A DNA stretch of 64,000 nucleotides from contig CAJOMU010000002.1 in the NCBI GenBank assembly GCA_905235735.1, positions 12,482 to 76,481 on the forward strand, in the 5' to 3' direction. The notes beneath the pieces are model-generated. The model had not been told where the DNA came from and ran no database searches. It was given only the letters and a program-made list of their open reading frames with translations. A program made the position numbers and the translations under genes. This DNA is from an uncultured Synergistales bacterium. Its GTDB lineage: Bacteria > Synergistota > Synergistia > Synergistales > Aminobacteriaceae. Positions 45,684 through 55,882 of the stretch are shown here, one piece after another (positions within the stretch are counted from its first letter, which is position 1; each line of letters starts with the position of its first letter).

Positions 45684-47449
45684 ACTACTAACCTTACTAC
45701 CCCTCGATATACTAAGCCTCTTGTTCCGTCAATCGAAACTGTATCATCGTCCATCAATGTCGAGAATGCATCTGCCACTCCCACAATGCACGGAAGGTTA
45801 TAGTCCATTGCGAGCGCGTTCCCCTCACTGAATAACAATCCGCTCTCGAATAATACTGCTCCAACCTTATCGAGTACAGGACGGTATTCTTCATTGAGCT
45901 GACGAACAACGAGAATGCATCCCGGAGTTACTTTGTCGATTGCCTCCTGAGGTGTTCGGGCTATGCATACTTTTCCGACTGCGTTCTTGTGCGATAACGG
46001 TGTTCCTGAGAGAAGAATTGTTCCTGTCGTGAGAACCTCAACTACATTCGTTGAACCTGGTCTGCCTACTGGTACTCCCGCAGTTACTACTACGAGTTCA
46101 CCTTCTTCAAGCAGTCCTTTGCTCACACATGTATTGATTGCCTCTCTTGCCGCTACGTTTATATCGCTCATCTCTGACAGTCTCACCGGTTGTATTCCCC
46201 ACCATAATGCTAACTCTCTCCATGTCTGCTGACTGGGTGTGAGGCCAAGTATCGGACATTCAGGTCTATGCTTGCTTATCATCTTTGCGGTTAATCCTGA
46301 ACGTGAAAGTGAAATTATTGCAGGAGCTTTTATCTGTCTTGCGATTAACACTGCTGCTCCTGATACTGCATCAGGCACATGTATTCCTGAAAGTTCAACG
46401 GGATTTTGTTCTTTGTGCTTGTGATTCCCCCAGAGATTTAATTCCTTCTCTGCACGATCTACTATGTGCCTCATCGTTGCGACCGCCTGAACAGGATAAT
46501 TCCCTGAAGCTGTCTCTCCTGAAAGCATAACCGCATCTGTTCCGTCAAGAACAGCATTAGCTACATCACTTGCCTCTGCTCTTGTGGGTCTTGGGTTGCG
46601 AATCATCGAATCGAGCATCTGAGTTGCAACAATAACTACCTTCCCACGAACACGACACATCTCAATGATTTTCTTCTGCACTAACGGAACATCTTCAGTC
46701 GGAATCTCAACGCCTAAATCACCTCGCGCTACCATTACTCCGTCAACGACATCAACAATATCTTCAATGTTATCTACTGCCTGCTTCGTCTCAATCTTCG
46801 CGAGTATCTTCATTCCGCTTCCGTAACTTTGAACGAGCCTTCTCACTTCGAGAATATCATGACGTGTCTTCACGAATGAAACTGCGAGATATTCCATTCC
46901 GTGCTGAATTCCCCACGCTATATCCTGCTTGTCTTTGTCTGAAAGTGCGGGCATCGTTATATCTGCACCTGGAAGATTAATGCCCTTCGTGTTTCTCAAT
47001 GGGCCGCCTACGATTACTTTGCAGGTTACATCATCGCCTTCTGATTTTTCGACTTCGAGGTTCAATGCTCCGTCATCGATATAAATGTTCTGACCGGTTT
47101 TAACTTCCTGAGCGAGGAGCTTATAGTTCACCCAAATTTTTTCTGGTGTTCCCTCGAATGCTTCATCACATGATGATAGTATTATCTTTGCTCCCTGAAC
47201 GAGATTTATCTCACCGTCTTTCATGAGACCTGTGCGAATCTCCGGGCCTTTTGTGTCGAGTAAAGCAGCGATAGGTTTTTTAGTTCCGCGTTCAACTCTG
47301 CGAATGAGTTTCAGTTTTTTTTCATGGCCTTCATAATCTCCGTGCGAAAAATTTAATCTCGCTACATTCATTCCTGCTTCAGCCATTGACTTTAGTGTTT
47401 CGTAATTTTCACTGGCTGGTCCGATTGTGCATACGATTTTCACGAACAT
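45680..47449 (-). CDS. pyk: Pyruvate kinase with a C-terminal PEP-utilizer mobile domain
   Basis: KIVCTIGPAS, ARLNFSHG, MVARGDLGVEIP, 589 aa. The extra ~100-aa C-terminal domain resembles that of Bacillus-type Pyk. A candidate TGTATAAT promoter lies on the minus strand at 47508-47501. Confidence 0.9.
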   Translation of the reverse strand: MFVKIVCTIGPASENYETLKSMAEAGMNVARLNFSHGDYEGHEKKLKLIRRVERGTKKPIAALLDTKGPEIRTGLMKDGEINLVQGAKIILSSCDEAFEGTPEKIWVNYKLLAQEVKTGQNIYIDDGALNLEVEKSEGDDVTCKVIVGGPLRNTKGINLPGADITMPALSDKDKQDIAWGIQHGMEYLAVSFVKTRHDILEVRRLVQSYGSGMKILAKIETKQAVDNIEDIVDVVDGVMVARGDLGVEIPTEDVPLVQKKIIEMCRVRGKVVIVATQMLDSMIRNPRPTRAEASDVANAVLDGTDAVMLSGETASGNYPVQAVATMRHIVDRAEKELNLWGNHKHKEQNPVELSGIHVPDAVSGAAVLIARQIKAPAIISLSRSGLTAKMISKHRPECPILGLTPSQQTWRELALWWGIQPVRLSEMSDINVAAREAINTCVSKGLLEEGELVVVTAGVPVGRPGSTNVVEVLTTGTILLSGTPLSHKNAVGKVCIARTPQEAIDKVTPGCILVVRQLNEEYRPVLDKVGAVLFESGLLFSEGNALAMDYNLPCIVGVADAFSTLMDDDTVSIDGTRGLVYRGVVRLVV

Positions 47450-47604
47450 GAATTGAATTAACCCCCTGTGATTAGAATGTGATGATTTGAATTATACAGT
47501 GCGAGAGAGAAAAATTTTTGCTGAGTTTGTAGAGATTATATTTGCGGATAAAATTAATGCCCAGAGATTATATTTCACATCTCTGAGCTTCGATTTCCGT
47601 CTCA

Positions 47605-47826
47605 TCATTCGTCTATCTCGTGATAACCCGCAACTTGAATCTTTTTCTCCTTCGCTATCTCTTCAACTGCTTCCCTCTTGTCGCATGGATATTCACACGC
47701 AAGTCCGCAGCTCGATGACAATTTTCGCGGAACAGGAGCTATCCTCGCAGGTATTCCTGAACTTCTGCATACCCTCTCGAACATCAATGCCGCACTCGTA
47801 GTTTTGAAAGTGGCAAGACAACTCAA
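47605..47826 (-). CDS. DUF3343 (putative Se/S carrier-like) small protein
   Basis: The 73-aa sequence FKTTSAALMFERVCRSSGIPARIAPVPRKLSSSCGLACEY fits the DUF3343 pattern, which ends in PxPRxxSSSCGLA. Confidence 0.7.
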   Translation of the reverse strand: MSCLATFKTTSAALMFERVCRSSGIPARIAPVPRKLSSSCGLACEYPCDKREAVEEIAKEKKIQVAGYHEIDE

Positions 47827-47828
47827 TA

Positions 47829-49004
47829 TTAAAGATAACCTTTCGATGTTAATATCTCTTTTGCCTTCTCAATGTGTCTCGATGACATCTTTATCACCGG
47901 CCCAGTACAACCCATTGCACTCTCAGCGTAAATGTTCTCTTTCCATAAAACTTTAACGGCATTGTCGATTTCAAGAACATCAATTCCATGAAGCTCATCA
48001 TCAGTCGGTTCTGACGGAGGTGCTTTCACATCTTCATCTGCACTTGCTGCTTTAGGTGTTAATGTTTCAATCTCTTCATCAAGTCCTGCCTTCCTCGCTG
48101 ATTTGATTTCTTCCGCAACCTTCTCCGTTAATCCTCCTGCTATTACTCTCGCAGTGAATGACAATGCATTTGCGATTACTGGTGCACCTGATGCCCTCGA
48201 CACAATAGACACGACATTATTCCATTCTTCACCGCATGAAGGCCCATATCCCCAGCCGGTTGCTTCATAGTTTCCTCCTGTCGTGAATGACGAGAACATT
48301 TTCACGAGTACATTTCCAGTCAGCGTGTCAGTAACGCAAACATCAACTGCTCCTGTCAGAATGTCATTGCCCCTCAGAACACTTCCTCCGTCAGCACGTG
48401 TTGAAGTTCCGAATGTAATATCATAGCCTTTATCCTTCATTCGCGTTAATGCCCTTAATACTGGCTGTGCTGTATCAACATTCAGAATTCCAACTGTAGG
48501 ATTCATATTGCCGAGTGATTTCGCAACTGCTATTCCGTAAATTGCATTTCGTAACATGGCCTCGCCTCTTACGGTTGAAGATGTTCCTGTTGTCGATGCG
48601 ATTATCATTGCCTTTCCTCTTGCAGGGGTTAATACTCTTCCGATTGTAGTTACACCCAAAGGAAACGGGAAATGCATTGCGACTGCTCCTGCAACTGTTC
48701 CATTCTTCACGCACTCTTCAAGTTTTAAAGGTATATCGCATTCTTCGCATTCAATGTATTCGAGATCTTCATAGCCTTTTACCTTTGGGCCAATCATTAC
48801 GGGAATGACATTGTTCGCATTCTGAATCGCGAGCCTTGCACCCTTTGCAATTTCTTCAGCACCGTGTTCACTTCCAGAGGCCATAAGTCCGACACGAATT
48901 TTTTTCCCGCCTGTCTTCGCAGTCTCGATTATCTCAGTGAGAGCTTCGCCGATTAATTTCTTCACAGCGTCTGACATTTCAGTTAAGCCTCCCAGCAACC
49001 TCAC
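47829..49004 (-). CDS. grdD: Glycine/sarcosine/betaine reductase complex protein C, alpha subunit
   Basis: 391 aa, PlsX-like fold pattern, positioned after grdC as in known grd operons. Confidence 0.8.
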   Translation of the reverse strand: MRLLGGLTEMSDAVKKLIGEALTEIIETAKTGGKKIRVGLMASGSEHGAEEIAKGARLAIQNANNVIPVMIGPKVKGYEDLEYIECEECDIPLKLEECVKNGTVAGAVAMHFPFPLGVTTIGRVLTPARGKAMIIASTTGTSSTVRGEAMLRNAIYGIAVAKSLGNMNPTVGILNVDTAQPVLRALTRMKDKGYDITFGTSTRADGGSVLRGNDILTGAVDVCVTDTLTGNVLVKMFSSFTTGGNYEATGWGYGPSCGEEWNNVVSIVSRASGAPVIANALSFTARVIAGGLTEKVAEEIKSARKAGLDEEIETLTPKAASADEDVKAPPSEPTDDELHGIDVLEIDNAVKVLWKENIYAESAMGCTGPVIKMSSRHIEKAKEILTSKGYL

Positions 49005-50523
49005 TCAGTGTTTCGAGAATCATTGCTTTTATGTCTTCTTTACTCAGTGTTGATTCTGTCTTCACTGGTTCAGGAGCTTCAATCAGGAATGATGCACCGT
49101 CTGCGAGGTTCGTTAAGCGTGCGAGGAATAAACTTCCCTTACCGATAATCATTGCACGTTTGATTTTCCCCTCGTTAATCATCTCACATGCATGTCCTAT
49201 GAATGGAACTCCTGCGGGAATATGTCCCTGTGTGTGAGCGAAACCTATTGTTCCATGTTTCTTTATGAAGTCCATCATTGCGGGTTTCTCGATTGCCTTC
49301 TTCATTACTGCAAGTGCCGCTATCATCTTTATGTTCGCAAGAGGAACATTGCCTGCTCCAGCGGGTTCTGTTATCTCGTGGTTCTGAAGTTCAGGTGCAT
49401 ATCTGTCTACGTCCGTGAAAGTTAGTCCTGCTGACTGTAAAGGTTCAAACGTTAATGCACTTGTTACTGCCTGCGGTGCTCCTCCTGCGCCTACTGTATG
49501 CTTGCCGAGAACATCAAGACGCATTACAGGCATAGTGCCGTCATCAGGGACAAGAAGAACTGCGAAACTTCCAACACAATCCTCAAGTGCTAAGAGATTT
49601 TTCTTCACGTGATCTCTTGAGTTCATGTAGAGCTTCGGAATTGATCCTCCTGCAACTACTGCTACATTCTTTCGTGCTCCTGATGCAACTTGAGCCGCCG
49701 CGTTTATCATTGCGTTCACTGGGCCTGCACAGAAACCTCGAACATCACAGCCTGATGCATTCACACAACCTGCAACTTCTGCGATTGCCTTTGCGAAATT
49801 TCCTCCTGCCCTCTGTCCAACATCACCGGCTCCTTCCTCTGAACATTCAATCACGAAGTCTAAATCATTCGGATTCATTCCGCTGTTCTTCATGAGATGC
49901 AAGAGTGCAAGAACACCTGATGCTTTACCCGCGAGATTTTCCATGAGGACATGTGCAGTCAGACAATGATCTGTAGGATGTCCTGAACGAATACAGCCTA
50001 CAACCTTTCCTTCATTATAGAGATACAAGCCTGCACGTTCTTTCACTTCCGTCTCAATCTCTGAAAGCTCATGCATATTCTTCGGACGCAAAACTCTCTT
50101 TACGATTGCTTCAGTGATTACTGGGTCTTCTGCTAACTTCTTGCTGACGTTCTCCGCAAAACTTTTTTCGAGCCATACGAGTTCAAATTCATCACATGCT
50201 GAGATGAGGCCAAGAAATTCATCTTCAGGCATTAACTCTCCGAATTTCCCGTAGCGTTTTGATTTATCATCTGGCAACGGATTATTCACCCAGCCTGACG
50301 GTAACGCTTCGAACTCTTCGTATGATATGCCGCCGATGTAAGTTTGATTCGGTGCATAATGAAGAGCATGGTCGTAACTCTGAATATGTTTCGGAAGAGC
50401 ATCAAGATATTCCTGTTCTTTTCCCGAATGATATGCTTCGTATGGTGTGCCTCCGTAATGACTTCCTGTTTCTGGAGCGTGATTGAGACAATACGAATAA
50501 CTTTTGATTCCTACTTTTGACAT
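48979..50523 (-). CDS. grdC: Glycine/sarcosine/betaine reductase complex protein C, beta subunit
   Basis: 514 aa, thiolase/FabH-like protein, positioned between grdA and grdD. Confidence 0.8.
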   Translation of the reverse strand: MSKVGIKSYSYCLNHAPETGSHYGGTPYEAYHSGKEQEYLDALPKHIQSYDHALHYAPNQTYIGGISYEEFEALPSGWVNNPLPDDKSKRYGKFGELMPEDEFLGLISACDEFELVWLEKSFAENVSKKLAEDPVITEAIVKRVLRPKNMHELSEIETEVKERAGLYLYNEGKVVGCIRSGHPTDHCLTAHVLMENLAGKASGVLALLHLMKNSGMNPNDLDFVIECSEEGAGDVGQRAGGNFAKAIAEVAGCVNASGCDVRGFCAGPVNAMINAAAQVASGARKNVAVVAGGSIPKLYMNSRDHVKKNLLALEDCVGSFAVLLVPDDGTMPVMRLDVLGKHTVGAGGAPQAVTSALTFEPLQSAGLTFTDVDRYAPELQNHEITEPAGAGNVPLANIKMIAALAVMKKAIEKPAMMDFIKKHGTIGFAHTQGHIPAGVPFIGHACEMINEGKIKRAMIIGKGSLFLARLTNLADGASFLIEAPEPVKTESTLSKEDIKAMILETLSEVAGRLN

Positions 50524-50539
50524 TTTCGTTTTCTCCTAA

Positions 50540-50573
50540 AAAAATACCCGCAGGCTTTTGAGTTTCCTACGGG
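50540..50573 (-). terminator. Intercistronic terminator-like hairpin between grdA and grdC
   Basis: The minus strand reads CCCGTAGG-AAACTCAAAAG-CCTGCGGG, followed by TATTTTTTT, then the grdC SD AGGAGAA. Confidence 0.55.
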
Positions 50574-50591
50574 AATGTTTATGTTCGATGT

Positions 50592-51068
50592 TTATTCTAT
50601 AACGTTCTTGCTGTACTGTTCGCGCATACCTTTTACTGCTTCGGCTAACGCGTCAGGTTCAAGCACCATTTCCATCATGCTGATTTGTTCTTCCCAAGCT
50701 GCTGGGTCGCACTCTGCTCTGATTATCGGATCAAAAATGTGATATACAGGGAGTTCCAACGAAACTCCTGCGAGTGGGCCTGCATAGGTCGGATCACCTG
50801 CTGTTACTGTCTCAGCATAAATCTCTGCACCTTCAGGGTCAGAGCTGCCAAGAATAACAACGCAATCCGTTCCGTATTTCTCTCCAGCGTCTTTAACTCG
50901 CTGCTGATTCTGCAAGTCCATCGCTCCTGCCGCCGTTCATACAAAGCATTCGGTTGCTGAGAAGATTATCTCTGCACCGCTGTCCTTCAAACATGCTTCC
51001 ATTGCAGGGCCTGGAACACCATCACGTTCACCGAGAAGAAGCAATTTCTTTCCTGCAAGTTTCCCCAT
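50592..51068 (-). CDS. grdA: Glycine reductase complex selenoprotein A (in-frame UGA = Sec at codon 44)
   Basis: Rejoining across TGA 50939-50937 gives [59 protein letters not shown]..., 158 aa. This includes the canonical CFVUTAAGAMD motif. Confidence 0.92.
50937..50939 (-). other. In-frame UGA (selenocysteine) codon of grdA
   Basis: The frame continues on both sides, and the flanking motif ECFV-U-TAAGAMD is conserved. Confidence 0.9.
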
Positions 51069-51113
51069 GTCCGACACCTTCCCTTCTTTGAGATTAAATT
51101 TTATTGTTTCGTT

Positions 51114-51452
51114 TCACGCACAAAGTTCATCAACTTTGGCTGTGATTTCCTCAATCGTAAGATCATTTCCGCCTAGTCTCGCAACTTCATTGCCGTCCTT
51201 GAAGAATAAGAACGTAGGCTGAGCCATTACTGCCGGACGAACCATCATAGCAACTCTTCTGTTCTTTGATGTATCGACTGAGCAGAATTTGAACTTTCCT
51301 TCGTACTTTGGATTCTCTGCAAGCTCATGGTATTTAGGCATGAGTGCCATACATGGCCCGCACTTTGGCCCCCAGAAATCGAGAACTGCAGGTACAGGAC
51401 TGTTTTTGAATTCCGCCTCGAAATTTTCTTTTGTGATTTCTACAACTGCCAT
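51114..51452 (-). CDS. trxA: Thioredoxin
   Basis: The active site is FWGPKCGPCMAL. I prefer the start at ATG 51452 (MAVVEITKENF, 112 aa, GGTGA SD) to the ORF-track start at 51494. Confidence 0.85.
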   Translation of the reverse strand: MAVVEITKENFEAEFKNSPVPAVLDFWGPKCGPCMALMPKYHELAENPKYEGKFKFCSVDTSKNRRVAMMVRPAVMAQPTFLFFKDGNEVARLGGNDLTIEEITAKVDELCA

Positions 51453-51570
51453 TTGTATCTTCACCACTCTCTTTGAACTTTGAAGATTTTTCATGATAAT
51501 TCTACACCATAATGTAAAAGCTATAGCGTGATAATATAAGCAAAAAAAATTTTCGGGAGCGTGTTTTCAG

Positions 51571-52956
51571 ATGTCGGATGTAAAGCAGAGGCTCATTGAT
51601 ATTCCGGGAATGGACATCATATTAAACTACGAATGGGTTCAAACATGGCTTGAGAAACTTGGACGTATAAGAGTGAAACGCATAATCAATAAGGAACTTG
51701 CAGACATACGGAAGAAAATTATTGAGAGCGAAGAGAATCGATTCATTGATGAAGAGTTCAAAGATTCTTGCATGTCATCTTTTGCTTTTGCCTCACGTCC
51801 GAGCTTAACTCACGTGATTAATGCTTCAGGAGTCGTAATTCATACCAATCTCGGAAGATCTCTCATCGCTGATGAAGCAGTGAAGGCCATGTGTGAATCA
51901 GCAAGTCATTATTCCAATCTCGAATACGATCTGAAAGCAGGCACAAGAGGACAGAGGAATTCACACGTTGAAGACTTATTATGTACGCTTACAGGAGCAG
52001 AGGCATCATTAGTCGTGAATAACAATGCAGGTGCAGTTCTGTTAGCATTGAGTGCACTTGCAAAAGATTCGGAGGTCATTGTTTCGAGGGGTGAGCTTGT
52101 AGAGATAGGCGGGTCATTCAGAATACCTGACATAATGAATCTCTCAGGGGCATTCCTGAAGGAAGTCGGAACAACAAACAGAACTCATCTTTACGACTAC
52201 GAACGTGCAATCACGGAAAAGACATCAATGCTTCTCAAAGTTCACCCTTCAAATTTCAGGATAGAAGGTTTCACGACATCACCCGAACGTAAAGAACTCT
52301 CGAAACTTGCACATGATAATCACGTAATCTTCATGGAGGATGCAGGAAGCGGATTGCTTGTTGAGAATGACATCTTGAATCTTCCGTCAGATGAGACGAA
52401 CATAAAAACATGTGCCAGTTATGCGGACATAGTTACGTTCTCAGGAGATAAATTGCTCGGAGGCCCACAGATAGGCGGCATTGCAGGACGTAAGGCACTC
52501 ATCGACAGAATCAAAAAATATCCAATGGCAAGAGCGTTACGTGTCGATAAGGTTACACTTGCAGGTTTTGAATCTACACTCAGACTTTATGCGCAGGGCA
52601 TGTATGATGAAATTCCAACGTTACGAATGCTCAGACTTTCACCAGAAGATTTGAAGACGCGAGCTGAGAAATTAGCAGAGGAATTATCACGGAGAATTAA
52701 TGCATTGATTCGAGTGATTGAAGTTGAAGATGCAGCAGGAGGAGGTTCATGTCCTGAAATAAAACTTAAAGGCTGGGGAGTGTCATTGAAACATAAATCT
52801 GAAGGTGCAGGCCATGTTCAGAAATTTCTTCGAGGTCTTGATGTCCCAGTTCTATGCGGTGCACGTGATGATGAAATTGTGATTCACGTCAGAACGATTC
52901 TTGATGATGAATATGAAACTCTGATTTCAGCTATTGAAGGTGCAATGAATGCGTGA
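51571..52956 (+). CDS. selA: L-seryl-tRNA(Sec) selenium transferase
   Basis: 461 aa, NNNAGAVLL, PLP-lysine context FSGDKLLGGPQ. Confidence 0.9.
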   Translation: MSDVKQRLIDIPGMDIILNYEWVQTWLEKLGRIRVKRIINKELADIRKKIIESEENRFIDEEFKDSCMSSFAFASRPSLTHVINASGVVIHTNLGRSLIADEAVKAMCESASHYSNLEYDLKAGTRGQRNSHVEDLLCTLTGAEASLVVNNNAGAVLLALSALAKDSEVIVSRGELVEIGGSFRIPDIMNLSGAFLKEVGTTNRTHLYDYERAITEKTSMLLKVHPSNFRIEGFTTSPERKELSKLAHDNHVIFMEDAGSGLLVENDILNLPSDETNIKTCASYADIVTFSGDKLLGGPQIGGIAGRKALIDRIKKYPMARALRVDKVTLAGFESTLRLYAQGMYDEIPTLRMLRLSPEDLKTRAEKLAEELSRRINALIRVIEVEDAAGGGSCPEIKLKGWGVSLKHKSEGAGHVQKFLRGLDVPVLCGARDDEIVIHVRTILDDEYETLISAIEGAMNA

Positions 52957-54823
52957 AATATCTTTAGTGTTAGGCACAGCAGGTCATATAGATCACGGAA
53001 AGACTGCGTTAATTAATGCACTCACGGGAATAAACTGCGACAGACTGATTGAGGAAAAGAGGCGCGGAATAACAATCGAATTAGGATTTGCTCCTCTCAC
53101 ACTCGATGACGGAAGAGTAGTGAGTGTAATTGATGTACCAGGTCATGAGAAATTCATTCGTCAAATGGTTGCTGGTGCTTCTGGAATTGATGCCGCACTG
53201 CTCGTTATTGCCGCAGATGAATCAGTTATGCCGCAGACACGTGAACATCTCGCCATAATGGAACTTCTTGGAGTTCATGAAGGACTGATTGCGATAACGA
53301 AGATTGACCGCATAAAAGATGAAGAAGGTATGCTTGAACTTGTCATTGAGGACGTAAAAGAATTCGTGAAGGGTACGTTTCTTGAAGGCAAATCGATAGT
53401 GCCTGTGTCATCAGTAACAGGTGAGAACCTTGATACATTGAAGACTGAAATTACAGCATTGATTGACCGAGTTCAAACCCGACCAGTAAGCGGAGCATTC
53501 TTCCTGCCAGTTGACCGAGCATTTGTGATTTCGGGATTCGGAACAGTCGTAACAGGTACAGCGTATCATGGAACAGCTCATCCTTCAGACAGAATCGAAG
53601 TACTGCCTTCAGGTCGTGAAGGTCGAATCAGAACGCTTCAGGTTCACAGCAAGAATGTCGAGAGTGCGTTTGCAGGTCAGAGAGTGGCCGCTAACCTCGC
53701 AGGAATTGATATAGATGAAATTACTCGCGGAGATGTTGTGTGTCATAAGGGAATATTCAGAGCAACGAGATGCTTTGAGGCAATCATAAAACTAATGCCT
53801 GAAGTGAGAGAACCGTTAAAGCACTGGCAGAGGGTACATGTCTGCATTGGAACATCTGAAGTCTTAGCGCGGGTTTCGTTATTGCAGTCGAAACAGATTG
53901 AACCAGGTGAAGAAGTTCCTGCACAGTTAGTTCTTGAAGAGCCGGTTGTGTGCACTTACGGACAGAGATTTATTCTGAGGTTCTACAGTCCTCTAATCAC
54001 AATCGGAGGAGGAGAGATAATCTTTCCGTATTCATATAAGCCAAGAGGAACATCATCACGCACAAAGATTCTCGAACGCATATTGAAACTCAAAGACGCA
54101 GGAAGAGATTCGGAAGCAAGATTTGAGTATCTGATTGATGAGGCAGGAAGCATAAGCAAGAGTGAAGCATTGCAGTTGATTCAGGACACACAAGAGAACG
54201 CTGAAAGTCTCGCAGGTAAATTGATTGCTCGGGGAAAAATTGTGTCTCTCGATAATGCTTACGTCTCAAGAAGATACTGTGATGAAATGCTTCATGAATT
54301 AGTGAAGTCAGTTAAAGATTACCAGAAACATTTTTCATCTGAATCAGGAATGCCAATCGAAAACGCTAATGTATCACGTTCACTTTTGAACATGGCCGTG
54401 AATGAAGGGTTGCTTATGCTTGACGGAAACAAAGTACACACTCCTGAATTCATTCCAGAGAATGATGAAACGTTTAATCAAAACAAGAACGCACTGAAGA
54501 ATATATGCATGTCTCATAAGTGGCAGTTAATCACGTTGAACGAACTCAAAGATGAGGCCGGACTTCCAGAAAGGGAATTTACGAAAGTGATTCAGGCAAT
54601 GAGGAATTCAGGTGAACTTGCAATAATATCTGAAGGATTCATTTTGATAAGAGAACTTGAAGATGAGATGAAAAATATTCTTCATTCAATAGGAAGTCAA
54701 GTAACACTGGCGCAGGTTCGTGATGCAACAGGCAGTACGAGGAAATTCATTCTTCCGATACTGGAATACTTTGACGCAAAGAAATATACCAGAAGAACAG
54801 GTGATTATCGTGTCGTGCTGTGA
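52949..54823 (+). CDS. selB: Selenocysteine-specific translation elongation factor
   Basis: GTPase motifs [11 protein letters not shown] and DVPGHEKF, plus a long winged-helix C-terminal extension. 624 aa. It overlaps selA by 8 nt. Confidence 0.9.
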   Translation: MREISLVLGTAGHIDHGKTALINALTGINCDRLIEEKRRGITIELGFAPLTLDDGRVVSVIDVPGHEKFIRQMVAGASGIDAALLVIAADESVMPQTREHLAIMELLGVHEGLIAITKIDRIKDEEGMLELVIEDVKEFVKGTFLEGKSIVPVSSVTGENLDTLKTEITALIDRVQTRPVSGAFFLPVDRAFVISGFGTVVTGTAYHGTAHPSDRIEVLPSGREGRIRTLQVHSKNVESAFAGQRVAANLAGIDIDEITRGDVVCHKGIFRATRCFEAIIKLMPEVREPLKHWQRVHVCIGTSEVLARVSLLQSKQIEPGEEVPAQLVLEEPVVCTYGQRFILRFYSPLITIGGGEIIFPYSYKPRGTSSRTKILERILKLKDAGRDSEARFEYLIDEAGSISKSEALQLIQDTQENAESLAGKLIARGKIVSLDNAYVSRRYCDEMLHELVKSVKDYQKHFSSESGMPIENANVSRSLLNMAVNEGLLMLDGNKVHTPEFIPENDETFNQNKNALKNICMSHKWQLITLNELKDEAGLPEREFTKVIQAMRNSGELAIISEGFILIRELEDEMKNILHSIGSQVTLAQVRDATGSTRKFILPILEYFDAKKYTRRTGDYRVVL

Positions 54824-55880
54824 TGTTCAGACAGAGAAGAAGAGGCTGACGGAATTATCTCACACCAGCGGGTGAGCAGCGAAGATAGGTCCGGCGGACT
54901 TACAGGAAGTGTTATCGGGAATACCTCAGATTTACGGTGAAAGAGTTTTAGCTTCATGGAACGGCAACGAAGACGCAGCGATATTTGAACTTGATGATAA
55001 GCGTTATGGAATTCTCACCATAGATTTCATTACGCCAGTAGTTGATGATGCATTCACGTGGGGACAGATAGCGGCGACAAATTCAATCAGTGATGTCTTT
55101 GCGATGGGAGGAAGGCCGTTAGTTGCGTTGAATGTCGTGTGCTTTCCAACGAAATATCTTGAACTTGATGTTCTGAAACGTATTCTTGAAGGAGGATTTG
55201 AACGCGTAAGAAGTTCAGGTGCGTTTTTGGTTGGAGGTCATAGCGTACAGGATGATGAACCTAAATACGGTCTTGTAGTTTACGGTGAAGCGGAGAAGTC
55301 CAAACTTTGGAGGACATCAGGAGCACTTGAAGGAGACAAACTGATTCTCACGAAGCCAATCGGAACAGGAATAGCGATAACGGCAATCAAAGCAGGAATG
55401 ATTGAAGATGATAGAACACGAATTCAGGCAGAAGAGAGCATGAAGAAATTGAACATGATAGAACTCAATGATGAACTTCATGCACACGTTCACGCTGCAA
55501 CTGATGTAACGGGTTTCGGTCTTGCGGGTCATCTACGCGACATGCTGAATGAATCTCTTGACTGTCATCTTAACATTAAAAGCATACCATTGATTGACGG
55601 AGTGAAGGAACTTGCAGACATGGGATTAATTCCCGAAGGAGCATACAGGAATCAATCTGCATATGAGAAGTATGTTGATGTGAATCAAAATGAATTCGAA
55701 CAGTCAGATTTAGATATGCTGTATGACGCTCAGACTTCAGGAGGATTATTGCTTGCAGTGAGTTCAGAGAAGGCAGATGAGCTTCTGAATCACATTCGCA
55801 AAAAAAATTTTGAGTTTGCATGTATAATTGGAAAATTCCTGAATGGAACAGGAAGAATAAAAATCTCGGAGGTAATTTAA
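54810..55880 (+). CDS. selD: Selenide, water dikinase (selenophosphate synthetase), itself a selenoprotein (UGA = Sec at codon 22)
   Basis: Extending the 54909 ORF upstream through TGA 54873-54875 gives (GTG)[34 protein letters not shown]. This is the canonical SelD N-terminal loop with Sec in place of Cys. SD CAGGTGA lies 5 nt before GTG 54810. It overlaps selB by 14 nt. Confidence 0.85.
54873..54875 (+). other. In-frame UGA (selenocysteine) codon of selD
   Basis: The motif SG-U-AAKIGP corresponds to the G(C/U)xxKI loop of SelD. Confidence 0.85.
54887..54901 (+). promoter_or_regulatory. Candidate SECIS hairpin of selD
   Basis: AGGTCC-GGC-GGACTT forms a 6-bp stem (one G-U pair) with a 3-nt G-rich loop. 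It starts 11 nt after the UGA. Confidence 0.4.
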
Positions 55881-55882
55881 CA

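Noticed and set aside
47487-47956. Plus-strand ORFs 47487-47801 and 47678-47956, opposite DUF3343 and the grdD 3' end.
   Set aside because: They are antisense to well-supported genes, have low-complexity Ser/Leu-rich translations, and resemble no known family.
50685-50960. 91-aa plus-strand ORF spanning the grdA Sec codon region.
   Set aside because: It is antisense to the conserved grdA reading frame. The grdA frame continues cleanly through the UGA with the canonical CFVUTAAG motif.
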